Positions 30,412-39,872 of a stretch of DNA of 64,000 nt are shown in pieces. The position numbers and the translations under genes are program-made. The notes under the pieces are model-generated. The model was not told the DNA's origin. It made no database searches and worked only from the letters and a program-made list of their open reading frames with translations. This DNA comes from Meyerozyma guilliermondii. Taxonomy: Eukaryota. The stretch spans positions 1,984,001-2,048,000 of the forward strand of contig CP128815.1 in the NCBI GenBank assembly GCA_051546255.1, written 5' to 3'. Positions within the stretch are counted from its first letter, which is position 1. The number at the start of each line of letters is the position of its first letter.

Positions 30412-33400
30412 TCAAAATATTTCAATCAATGACTTGAGCTCTTTCTTTCCCCGGCATTCCACCATGTACAACTCCTCAGGTGCAAGCTTGACTAGCAAGC
30501 CTGCTTTGCCCACCTTTTCTATAATCGAGAGTTTCGAATCCTCTTTGAATAACCAGTTGAAATTTTCCTTGTCATTATCGTCCAAGTTATCAAGCACCAA
30601 ATGGTAATAATTGGCATCGGTGAAATGGTCAGAAATTATGTATACGGTGAGAGCATACATGGAAATAATTTTCCACGACGAGGAATATTTTACTCGCTCG
30701 TAGCCTTCGGTCAGTTTCTGAAGCCGAACCGTCATTCTGTTCACCACCATCAACTTTGAGTTCTCAGGATTGCTCAAAATATGTGCTCTAGTAATTTCAT
30801 CGGAATTGCATGTCTGCAAAGAACTCTCTTTAAGAACACTTTTTGGTGGTTGTTTGGCATCTGTGATCATTGAACTGACACTTGAGATGGTGGTAGACTT
30901 GCTCGTCATTCCTTCCATCACTGACGAAGTTAGCGTACTCGACGAAGCCTGAGATCTCATGTCCTTGCTCTTATTCGAAGCGAGTACGCCGAGAATATTG
31001 CTCAAATTTGTAAAGATTGCATGGGCCAAATTACCCTTTGAACAACGAAGAAGTATCTTGATTCTGTCATTTGTAATGGCATTTACGGTGGAGATTTGAG
31101 CGTCCAAAGCAGACGATTGTCTCACTTCAGTTTGAGTGGAATTGATGTTGAGCAAGAGCAATGGCTTGTCAACGATATCCTCTTCCCCTTCATCATATTC
31201 CTCTTTAAAGACAATCAACCACGCTTTGTTGGATTCGTAGTTCACCACAATCTTCAAGAATAGCATATCGTTGGTGGTGAGCATTTCCCACTTGCCATAC
31301 TTCTCCTTCCATCTGGAAACCTTCAATGTCTTTGGCGACGACGGAGATATGTAAAAGTCTATCGACAGATCGTCATTGATGATATCCTTGAGGTGCTGGG
31401 GAATGCTAATGGTTTCCTCGGCAACATCTTGCAGCGCAAGACTGACACTGGACCCGTTGATGTACGGCTTAAAGAAGTATGTTGAGGTCGATGAAGGAAG
31501 AGCAAATGGCGAAGGAAGGGCAGAACGAGGTCCAGGCGAACCAGATCTCTCCGAGATGGTGGACAATGGCTGGGCAAGGTCAATGTTTCGAGGAATGTCT
31601 GTGGTGATACTGAGGTCTTTGACGTTGCGATTTGCTTTACTTTCGTTTGTTTCCGGTTCATTGGGATATTCTTTCTCTTCTTTTGGTTCTGCTTTGGTTT
31701 TCGATTTGGGTTCTGTATTTTCTTCGCTTCTAACAGCAGTCTCCATGTTGCGCTTTTTGAACAATCCTAGTATGCTCTTGCGTTTCTTTTTCGTTTTGTC
31801 AAGACTAAGGCTCTCGGTCAGCTGGGAGATATCCGAAAGGCCATGAGCAACGCTGAAAGATGGTTGGTGGGTTCTGCCAAAATTGGATATATCAATTGCT
31901 GAACCATTTGATAGCTTGAAAAGACCCTCAGAAGAAGTTTGTTTTCCTATTTCGGGTGCAGACTTGAACTTCATTTCGTTGCCAGCCAGATATGAAGATG
32001 ACAATGGGATGTCAGAAAGATCCACCGGTTCATTGTTGGATTTACTCTCGGGTGTATCGTATGCTACTTCGGCTTGCTCAGAGCGTGGACGACCATTCGA
32101 ACAAACGTTCATTTCATCCTCTGGAGAGAGGGTTTTCCTGGAAATGTACTTCATTACACTCTCGTGGTTTTCATGGGGTCCAGACAAAGTCTTGTGGATT
32201 ATGTTGAGAGACCTATCGTACTGGTTTCTTGCAGATTCGACCGAATTTACCGAAGATATGGACGAATGGGACAGGTGAGACGAGGTCTTGATATGTGGAG
32301 GTTTCACCATCTCTTTGGGGCCGGTTGGAGAATCAAGGAGCTCTTTGAAACTGGGTGTGCCTGAACTAGCCTCAAATTCTGGCGATTCGCTACCTGAAGA
32401 CAGATGGATATTAATCCCCAATCCAGCAAGCGAGCAGTTGGTATCTGGTCCTATTGGGAGGCACTCGCCGTGCTTGCTGGGAAAAATAGTTGCTAGTTTT
32501 GAAAACCATTTTTGAGCTTGGTCTTTTTTACCCTTGATACGAAGACTCATTTCTGAGACAGAGAGCTCATCGGTAGAGAAATTGATCGGGCGCAATGTGA
32601 TACAATCGTCTTCAAGTTCAACAAAAAGTTCGTTGTAGCGACATGGAGGATAGAGCAAACTTCTGGACCCTGGATTGGTGGTCGAGGTTGTAGAATCGAC
32701 ACTTAAAAGTGCCATTGCATCGAAAGACCTCGGTGTTTTCGAATTGGAAAGATTGAGTAAAGCAATTTCCACTTGTCCTTGGTGATTTTCAAGGATGAAT
32801 TCTTGGCCGAAAGAGCGATCGACGATCTGTTCAGCGACAAAGTAACTGGCTACTTTGGTGGAAGTAGAGTGCCATGGAAACGCCGCCACGTTCGAAAAGC
32901 TAATGTTGCAGAGAGAATTGGTCATTTGAAATTCTTGGTAATTCTTGAGAATCGACTCAAATCGAGTGCTTAAAAGTTGGAGCTTTTCCATCACGAACGG
33001 GTTTCGTATGTACGCTTTTGCTGCCGACATGAAGCTGATATACGCGGTAGCATTGCGAATGGGTTTGGAATACTTGTGCACGTCCTCATGAAGCACCAGG
33101 TTTTTATCTAAGAAGCATGCTAAAAACTTTTCGTACAACACAATTCCCCCATTGTCCATCCAAATGATGAATTCGTTTACAAACGACTTGAACTGTTCCA
33201 CCTCGTAGTCTGGTTCCTGGACATTATTGCGATAATTGTTCAAAAGTTGAAGAAGTTTCGTGTTCTTGGTATAAAGACCTCGTAAGATGGAAACAAGTGA
33301 CGACTTTGACGACCTGGTAGGTTTGACCGAACCTAGAATGGTGATGAGATCATTGTTTTCTCCTGTTTCTGACGCAAACAATTGGTCAATTAGGACTCCT

Positions 33401-33432
33401 CTTGACATTGGAGAGCTTTGGTCGACTGTCAT
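30412..33432 (-). CDS. Uncharacterised 1006-aa protein (helical N-terminus, disordered middle, globular C-terminus)
   Basis: Uninterrupted 3-kb ATG ORF; family not recognised with confidence. Confidence 0.85.
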   Translation of the reverse strand: MTVDQSSPMSRGVLIDQLFASETGENNDLITILGSVKPTRSSKSSLVSILRGLYTKNTKLLQLLNNYRNNVQEPDYEVEQFKSFVNEFIIWMDNGGIVLYEKFLACFLDKNLVLHEDVHKYSKPIRNATAYISFMSAAKAYIRNPFVMEKLQLLSTRFESILKNYQEFQMTNSLCNISFSNVAAFPWHSTSTKVASYFVAEQIVDRSFGQEFILENHQGQVEIALLNLSNSKTPRSFDAMALLSVDSTTSTTNPGSRSLLYPPCRYNELFVELEDDCITLRPINFSTDELSVSEMSLRIKGKKDQAQKWFSKLATIFPSKHGECLPIGPDTNCSLAGLGINIHLSSGSESPEFEASSGTPSFKELLDSPTGPKEMVKPPHIKTSSHLSHSSISSVNSVESARNQYDRSLNIIHKTLSGPHENHESVMKYISRKTLSPEDEMNVCSNGRPRSEQAEVAYDTPESKSNNEPVDLSDIPLSSSYLAGNEMKFKSAPEIGKQTSSEGLFKLSNGSAIDISNFGRTHQPSFSVAHGLSDISQLTESLSLDKTKKKRKSILGLFKKRNMETAVRSEENTEPKSKTKAEPKEEKEYPNEPETNESKANRNVKDLSITTDIPRNIDLAQPLSTISERSGSPGPRSALPSPFALPSSTSTYFFKPYINGSSVSLALQDVAEETISIPQHLKDIINDDLSIDFYISPSSPKTLKVSRWKEKYGKWEMLTTNDMLFLKIVVNYESNKAWLIVFKEEYDEGEEDIVDKPLLLLNINSTQTEVRQSSALDAQISTVNAITNDRIKILLRCSKGNLAHAIFTNLSNILGVLASNKSKDMRSQASSSTLTSSVMEGMTSKSTTISSVSSMITDAKQPPKSVLKESSLQTCNSDEITRAHILSNPENSKLMVVNRMTVRLQKLTEGYERVKYSSSWKIISMYALTVYIISDHFTDANYYHLVLDNLDDNDKENFNWLFKEDSKLSIIEKVGKAGLLVKLAPEELYMVECRGKKELKSLIEIF

Positions 33433-34284
33433 TGAGTGATATTAGGACACAAAAAGAGTGTAGTTTAGCGAATGAACCTAGCACGAAGACAATTATACGA
33501 GGAAACGTATATGAGAAAACAGTGAGTCAGCCGTAAATTAGGGGTTGTGGTGGATAGGATACGGGTGAATTTGTCGCAACGATAGGTTAAGTAGTTCGTT
33601 TGCTTTTCAATTCAAGCTGGCTGGGCTCATCTCCATTTTACCTGTTTGGGATTCGCGTCGCGACTGTGTATGTGCGCGCAGCGCGTTGCGCTGGAGTGCA
33701 GGGATCGGAGTTTTGGCGCGAAATTGGAGACGAATGAATGGAATAACTGTTGCAATTGAGTTGCAATGCAATTGAGTTTGTAGTGAAGTAGATGAATAGC
33801 ATTCGTATGGCAAGTGAGGAGTTTTTTCTCCTTTTTTCTTTGCTTTTATTTTATTTTTGGATTCGCTTCTTCTACCGCCTAATCTTTCTCCTTGTAGGCA
33901 CGGTGCAGTTGCATCAAAGATGCATGTAATTTATTTCTCGTATCATTTCGTAAATCTGTGAAGGTACAATAAGCTTTTTTTAGTTTTGCGCGAGTAATGG
34001 CATGGCGCATGAATTATGGGGTATTTCGTTCTCTCTCTTGATGTCGTGGCTCGTACTTTGTATGGAAGATGTTTCTGCTCACAAAGGAATTTCTTTGTTG
34101 ATGAATATAGCCTTCAATTTTGGCTTCTCCGACATTGGTTTCTCGATGAAGAGACTAAAGGGTATGTGTGGTTAAGGTGACGAAACATGAATCTTCTGTT
34201 TGATTTTTCGATGAAGGGCCACAAGCAGTAATGATATCCTGATATTCCATCATAATGCAGTCTCTTTAGTTGTCGGCTATTTCT

Positions 34285-34842
34285 TTATGGCTCGTATTCT
34301 TGACCGATAATCCACTCAAGGGCCGTCTCCGCTCCCTGTCCCGTGACAGCGCTCACTGCGATTATTTGCCACTTTTCCAGTGGAAGCTGCGACTCGAGCT
34401 CGAGAAGACCCACGATTTGTTTCTTGGTTTCCTCCACTTTATTCGTTTGTAGCATGTCAATTTTGTTCATTAATATGAGAAGTGACACTGCAACTAGTCT
34501 ATCTTGTTGTATCACTTTGTCTCGTAACTCTTCGTAGGATTCTTGAATGCGCTCCATACTCATACAATCTACAACCCAAACCACCACATTTGTCTTATCA
34601 AAGTAGTTACCCCAGAAGGTACGAAGACTTGTTTGCCCGCCAATGTCCCACAAGTTCAATGTGAAGTCCTGGTATTGAAGCGTGCTGATTTCAAACCCCA
34701 TAGTGGGAGATATCGTAGACCAGTCTTCGTGTTTCCAGCGTTTGATAATGGAGGTTTTACCCGAGTTATCGAGTCCCAAAACCAACACCCGTATTTCATG
34801 GTCCTTGATCTTTTGTTTTCTGATGATGCTCAAGAGACCCAT
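34285..34842 (-). CDS. CIN4: ARF-like GTPase Arl2/Cin4
   Basis: MGLLSIIRKQK, GLDNSGKT, WDIGGQTSLRTFWGNYF, NKID and SAVTG motifs. Confidence 0.92.
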   Translation of the reverse strand: MGLLSIIRKQKIKDHEIRVLVLGLDNSGKTSIIKRWKHEDWSTISPTMGFEISTLQYQDFTLNLWDIGGQTSLRTFWGNYFDKTNVVVWVVDCMSMERIQESYEELRDKVIQQDRLVAVSLLILMNKIDMLQTNKVEETKKQIVGLLELESQLPLEKWQIIAVSAVTGQGAETALEWIIGQEYEP

Positions 34843-34953
34843 CAAATTTTATGCAAGTTGCACTGAGATCAAATCTAATTTTCAATCTTCTCATCGCACA
34901 AATATCCCCCGCAATTTAAATCAAGTGAGAGTATTAAGCGCAGGCGCTAAATC

Positions 34954-37164
34954 ATGAAAAAACGCCAAACGTCCATCTTTGACTATCGAGAAACCTGTTC
35001 GCGGCGTCTGGTACGTTTGGAGACTACTAGCTACATAGATCTAACCGTTGAAGACGATGTGGAGTTGGTGAAGCACGAAGTTGAAGACGAGCTAGATGTC
35101 ACTAAAACCGCTGATTTAGTCAAGGATAAGCCTAAGAGTACAGAGGACGCTTCAGAGCTGAAAGACCGGGAACATATAAAGACGGAAGACATAAAGATGG
35201 AAGATTTTGGTCAAAATGATGGCAAGATTGATGACAGGATTGATGGCAAAATTGATGGCAAAATTGATGGCAAAATTGCTGGCAATCTTTTTAATTCTGA
35301 CAGTGACAATCTAAAAGATCCCGAAGACAAAGGTTCCCAACCTTTGCCCAAAATCAAACAGGAATTTTTCCTCAAAGTAGAGGGCTCCGTACCCATACTT
35401 TGCCCCGTTTGCAACCGAGATCTTGGTTTTCTCGAACTCAACACTCGTGTCCAGCATGTAGAAATGTGCTTGGTAACTCCCAAGAAAGAAGAAGTGGATA
35501 CTAAGAAAAGAACCCAAAAGAACCCAGACCCGAGAGAACGATATAAGAACAAAAAGACAAAGTATTCGGATGGGCCCAAAGTCATAAAACATCCCACATC
35601 TCATGGAGAGCGAACCCGTACTCCCATTCCTCAGTTGAAAATAATGGACTTTCCGGTAGTTGAGAATTCAACCTACAAAGTCCTGGTTGATGCTTTCAGT
35701 TTTGCTCCTCATGAATCCATATCACAGTACTTCTTGACTCATTTCCATGCGGACCACTATGGAGGCATCACAAAAAAGTGGAGCTACAATCGTGTGTTCT
35801 CCTCTCTTGAAGAATACGAAGATGAAACCAAGTTTCGACGAATCATATACGCTTCAGAAGTGACCAGTCGACTTCTCACTCTTAGGTTTGGCATAGATCC
35901 ACGATTCATTAAGGATCTCAAATTCGATACACGTTATTGCGTGAAATTTTATGACGACTCTGGAAGTCCAGTTGATGTACAAGATGGCGGATATGAGTCT
36001 AATGACAGTGTCCCGGGTCTCTACGTGACACCAATAACCGCCAATCATTGTCCGGGTGCTGCTATATTCCTCTTTGAGTCTATCTCGCGAGACTTGAAGG
36101 TGTATCGAATACTCCATTGTGGTGATTTTCGAGTCAGCAACGTCATACTTCAGCATCCGCTACTCACTCCTTTTCACGCCGTGGGTGGCTCTAGGGCCTT
36201 GGATAAGGTCTATCTCGACACAACATACATGGACCCAAAATACAATTTCCCCAAGCAAGAATTAGTGTGTGAGACCGTTGCCAATATGTTTCATAGATTG
36301 GTGTACGCTCATGCGTCAGAGACAAAGCCACTTTCCAATTGGCTTGGAATCCTAAAGCAGTCTCGAATAACCGATTTCATGTCTTCTGGGAAGACCAAAA
36401 AGAAAAAGTTTTTGATTCTTGTGGGTACTTATCTTATTGGCAAAGAGAATCTCGCAATTGCGATTCTGAAGAAACTTCGAAACTGTCCCATTTATGTGCT
36501 GTGCATCAACAGTAGAAGCGACAAACTCGATATTATTCGAACTTACGACAATGAATATTTGAGCAAATATGTCACCAATGAAGATCGTGGAGATGAAAAA
36601 TGCCAGTGTGTGGTTCATTTGGTGCCCATGAATATAGTCGGGTCCAAAGGAGAAATATCCAACTACTTTACTCACAACAAATACTACGACACTTTTGAAC
36701 AATGTGTGGGACTTAGGCCAACCGGTTGGTCGTTCCAAGAAAAGAAAACTGAGGGCGTTAATAATGACGAAGTTCTTGAAGATTACGGAGATTGGGAAAC
36801 GACAATTAACATGCCCCGAGCTCATGCCATCAACACCATTGCTGACATCATGCTTGAACAACCGCCATATGCATTTACAGACGTTGCACCCTCCAAGACA
36901 AACAAAGCTCCCTACAATATCTACAGCTTGCCCTACAGTGAACATTCATCGTTTAGAGAACTTTCGTACTTTGGCATTTTTTTTAACATTGGCAAGATAA
37001 TTCCAACTGTGAACACTCATAATGAATGGAGTATCAAGAGGATGGACGATATAATTGCACAATGGGAAGACATACGGACGATAAAACGAGACCGGCAACT
37101 GGATATGAAACTAGGTAAAGGTCTTCTTCAAAAGATCGAGTCGTTAGATTTGAATAGCTTCTAA
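34954..37164 (+). CDS. PSO2: DNA cross-link repair nuclease Pso2/Snm1 (MBL beta-CASP)
   Basis: UBZ-like CPVC...HVEMC, THFHADHYGG, ANHCPG, HCGDFR, YLDTTY, PYSEHSS and IPTVN. Confidence 0.95.
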   Translation: MKKRQTSIFDYRETCSRRLVRLETTSYIDLTVEDDVELVKHEVEDELDVTKTADLVKDKPKSTEDASELKDREHIKTEDIKMEDFGQNDGKIDDRIDGKIDGKIDGKIAGNLFNSDSDNLKDPEDKGSQPLPKIKQEFFLKVEGSVPILCPVCNRDLGFLELNTRVQHVEMCLVTPKKEEVDTKKRTQKNPDPRERYKNKKTKYSDGPKVIKHPTSHGERTRTPIPQLKIMDFPVVENSTYKVLVDAFSFAPHESISQYFLTHFHADHYGGITKKWSYNRVFSSLEEYEDETKFRRIIYASEVTSRLLTLRFGIDPRFIKDLKFDTRYCVKFYDDSGSPVDVQDGGYESNDSVPGLYVTPITANHCPGAAIFLFESISRDLKVYRILHCGDFRVSNVILQHPLLTPFHAVGGSRALDKVYLDTTYMDPKYNFPKQELVCETVANMFHRLVYAHASETKPLSNWLGILKQSRITDFMSSGKTKKKKFLILVGTYLIGKENLAIAILKKLRNCPIYVLCINSRSDKLDIIRTYDNEYLSKYVTNEDRGDEKCQCVVHLVPMNIVGSKGEISNYFTHNKYYDTFEQCVGLRPTGWSFQEKKTEGVNNDEVLEDYGDWETTINMPRAHAINTIADIMLEQPPYAFTDVAPSKTNKAPYNIYSLPYSEHSSFRELSYFGIFFNIGKIIPTVNTHNEWSIKRMDDIIAQWEDIRTIKRDRQLDMKLGKGLLQKIESLDLNSF
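35218..35289 (+). repeat. Coding 12-bp tandem repeat (GATGGCAAAATT) x6 encoding DGKI
   Basis: Three perfect and three degenerate units read directly. Confidence 0.9.
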
Positions 37165-37206
37165 AATGAGGGTTTATTATTCTATATCTTCAAGTTGAAA
37201 CGTAGG

Positions 37207-38496
37207 CTAGCGCTGGTGTTCCTTGAATGCTGCCTGAAAGCTAGCCTCACAAGTTACAGGGTTTTCACAATCAGCCCACTGTGCAACAAAATCATTCTTG
37301 AAATAGCTGGTCTTATCGTCTTTGGACTTGTCATTCACATACCTAGCACCAATGGTTCTGGCAGGTATTATAGCAGTTTTACTCAATACAAATGGATGCC
37401 ATTGGAGAATGTGGGTAAGTGCAGAATCCAATCCGAAATGAAAGTTGGGATAGTTCAAGTACAATGGGTCTCCCCACATGTTCACGATTGCTCTCCCGAT
37501 GTCATCGTTTTTTACGATGAACGAGTAGGTTTCGAGTTTCTTGTTGGATTGTGTAGCTATCAATCTGACCGTGGATGCCTTAGAATTACGGTAGGTTTTG
37601 ATAGCACCGTCTGGAGGAACAAGGGGGGTCTCCCGCATCATTATTGGATCCAAAGACTCGGTATTCAATACGTATTGAAGAAGATCAATGCTCTGTTTCA
37701 TCACGAGTCCATCCTGGTCCAAATACCAGAACCATTCTGCATGGGGAAATGCTAGCATAGCCGCCCTCATACAATACAAGCGAACCCATTTGGCCTTTTC
37801 ATGGGTCTGGAGGTAGCTTAAAGAGCTGAGCACCGGCAAGAATTCCTGATGCCATCGGACATAAACTCCGTAGTTCTGAGCATGAGCATAGTCGACTCTG
37901 TTCTGGACAAGAGACACCAAGGTTTCTTGTGAGTACTTCTGGAAGTCAATGGACGTCACAACCACCACCTTGGGATACCCCGTCTTGGACTTGGGGCGAT
38001 ACACGATTTTGTCGTGGTTTTTGAAAGCATTGATGATTTTAGCTTTTTCAGAACCCTTGTTTTCCTCGTCTTCTTTGGCCTTTTGAACCGCTGGGTCCGG
38101 GTTGTCGAGCTTGTTGAGCGACTCTATAATCGTCTTTTCGATATCTGGGGTGTTGGCGTCACGTACTTGGTAAATTTTGAACAATTCGTTGATATCGATT
38201 TGTTTGAGTGCCAGTGCATGCTCCACAGGAGGGAAAATATACCTTGAATTTGTCTCTATGGCATTCGTGCTGGTTAGCGGGTGAGCTGGTGGATAGCTGT
38301 GAGCATTTTTGCGTTTAACAAGTCGAGTTAACGTGGGCAATGGATTAAGAAACGACAACAAGAGAACAAACGTGAGAATTGTAGCGGCGAGTTTTGCCCA
38401 TTTCTGACGGTTTATATTATGGAATGTTGTCGACAACGGCAAGATGGAGCGCTTCTTGCCGTACCGGGGCCTGAAGGTGCCCTCTTTGCCAAACAT
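37207..38496 (-). CDS. MNN11: Golgi mannan polymerase II subunit (GT34 alpha-1,6-mannosyltransferase family)
   Basis: Type II membrane anchor, QNRVDYAH, WFWYLDQD (DxD) and ALTHILQWHP. ATG at 38496. Confidence 0.88.
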   Translation of the reverse strand: MFGKEGTFRPRYGKKRSILPLSTTFHNINRQKWAKLAATILTFVLLLSFLNPLPTLTRLVKRKNAHSYPPAHPLTSTNAIETNSRYIFPPVEHALALKQIDINELFKIYQVRDANTPDIEKTIIESLNKLDNPDPAVQKAKEDEENKGSEKAKIINAFKNHDKIVYRPKSKTGYPKVVVVTSIDFQKYSQETLVSLVQNRVDYAHAQNYGVYVRWHQEFLPVLSSLSYLQTHEKAKWVRLYCMRAAMLAFPHAEWFWYLDQDGLVMKQSIDLLQYVLNTESLDPIMMRETPLVPPDGAIKTYRNSKASTVRLIATQSNKKLETYSFIVKNDDIGRAIVNMWGDPLYLNYPNFHFGLDSALTHILQWHPFVLSKTAIIPARTIGARYVNDKSKDDKTSYFKNDFVAQWADCENPVTCEASFQAAFKEHQR

Positions 38497-38705
38497 ATGG
38501 TGAAGGAGTGTTGGAGGTGAAGAAACCGTTTCGCGATAAAATCGGGTGTCAGGATGATCTGCATGAAATTTTAGGGAGAAACGGTAGAAGTGAAATATAC
38601 TGTATGGGAGTACCAAGTATACTGTATGTAGGGGGATGTAGATAGCTTGGTAGTACAGATAAATAACTAGCTTATGGTATTTTGAGGTGTCTATTAATGA
38701 CATAA

Positions 38706-39716
38706 CTAGTTATGGTCCTCGTTTCTGCTGATGCGATCCTCAATGACTTGTAAGGCTACTTGACGGCGACGTTCTGCCACAGAATTGGCAACCGATTTTT
38801 GTACTTGGTTTGCTTGTTCTTGGCGTTTTTGTGCCCGCAAGTTACTCTGTTCTATGGAGTCTTCGGTGAATGGAGTTATGATTCCTAGGAAACAACTGAC
38901 GTCGTAGATGCTGGCAAACACCACCGAAACGTAAGGTTTTATCACTGAAGGGAAAAATTCGCTAAGCAGGAAGGTATCCGAGGCATCTCCTTTCAACACC
39001 GACGAATTGACACTGTCTTGTCCGCCATTGGCCATGGTGACAGGCAACAATGGATCCATGGAAAATCTTTGGAAAAACCGAAGGTAAATGTAGGAAGTGA
39101 AAAAGCTTCCCAATGAAGGCAATGAAGGGTAGAGCGATCTGCTGACGACTATAGACCAAAACAGCACCGCCACCAAAAGCACAAAGGGCAAGTGTTTGGC
39201 TCTAAAGTTGATAAGTCCTTGGAAAAGTATGATATTGTGTTCGGGTATCAATTGTTTCAACACGACGAGAAATCCAAAATAGTATGAGATGCCTCCTCCC
39301 AACGGCTTGTCCATGCCACTGACGTCTCCTCTCACCAAGTTGAACACTATAGTAGTCAACACCGTGATCAAATTGGTAATTGAACCAATGAGTAACACAA
39401 ATTTTATCACCTCTCGAAACCCCCAAAACTTCTCCACATACTTAGTCGATACATATAGTACAATTGTCGATATGATAAGACTTGTTATGGTGATCTCAGC
39501 AAAGATAGACGTACATATTACCCATGGATAGATCACAGTGTACCGTGGTATCAATTGCATGTAGGGTATTTGAATGTCATGGAAGCTTTCAGTTTCTCCC
39601 CCGCCACGATATCTTTGCATTTTTAACAACAATATGGTGAGACACACAGCATAGAGGGTGCCAAGCAACACCTTGGTCGACTTGGCAAACATATTAGACT
39701 TGATCAAAAACGCCAT
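38706..39716 (-). CDS. TMEM115 / YOL107W-like Golgi membrane protein (rhomboid-like)
   Basis: Multi-TM; YPW, EKFWG, KQLIPEH, YLRFFQ, GDASDTF..FFP and AERRRQVAL motifs. Confidence 0.88.
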   Translation of the reverse strand: MAFLIKSNMFAKSTKVLLGTLYAVCLTILLLKMQRYRGGGETESFHDIQIPYMQLIPRYTVIYPWVICTSIFAEITITSLIISTIVLYVSTKYVEKFWGFREVIKFVLLIGSITNLITVLTTIVFNLVRGDVSGMDKPLGGGISYYFGFLVVLKQLIPEHNIILFQGLINFRAKHLPFVLLVAVLFWSIVVSRSLYPSLPSLGSFFTSYIYLRFFQRFSMDPLLPVTMANGGQDSVNSSVLKGDASDTFLLSEFFPSVIKPYVSVVFASIYDVSCFLGIITPFTEDSIEQSNLRAQKRQEQANQVQKSVANSVAERRRQVALQVIEDRISRNEDHN

Positions 39717-39872
39717 GGTTTTTCAATGGGTCAAACACCGTAACTGCGGATACTTTCGCGCGGTGAATTTAGGCGCGAGAAGGCTTATTTTGAGTAACTC
39801 TTGGTACGAAAATTTATAACATATATATGAAACAAGGCGAAACCCGAATATCAATACAAAAAGCCACCAAGC

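Noticed and set aside
37207..38703. N-terminal extensions given by the ORF track (MNN11 to 38703; likewise NAP1, LEU1, GCS1, TIM21, OTU1, BUD20, RPL10, PMM1, FMP25)
   Set aside because: They rely mostly on TTG/GTG starts or run through promoter/intron DNA. Downstream ATGs match the known family N-termini.
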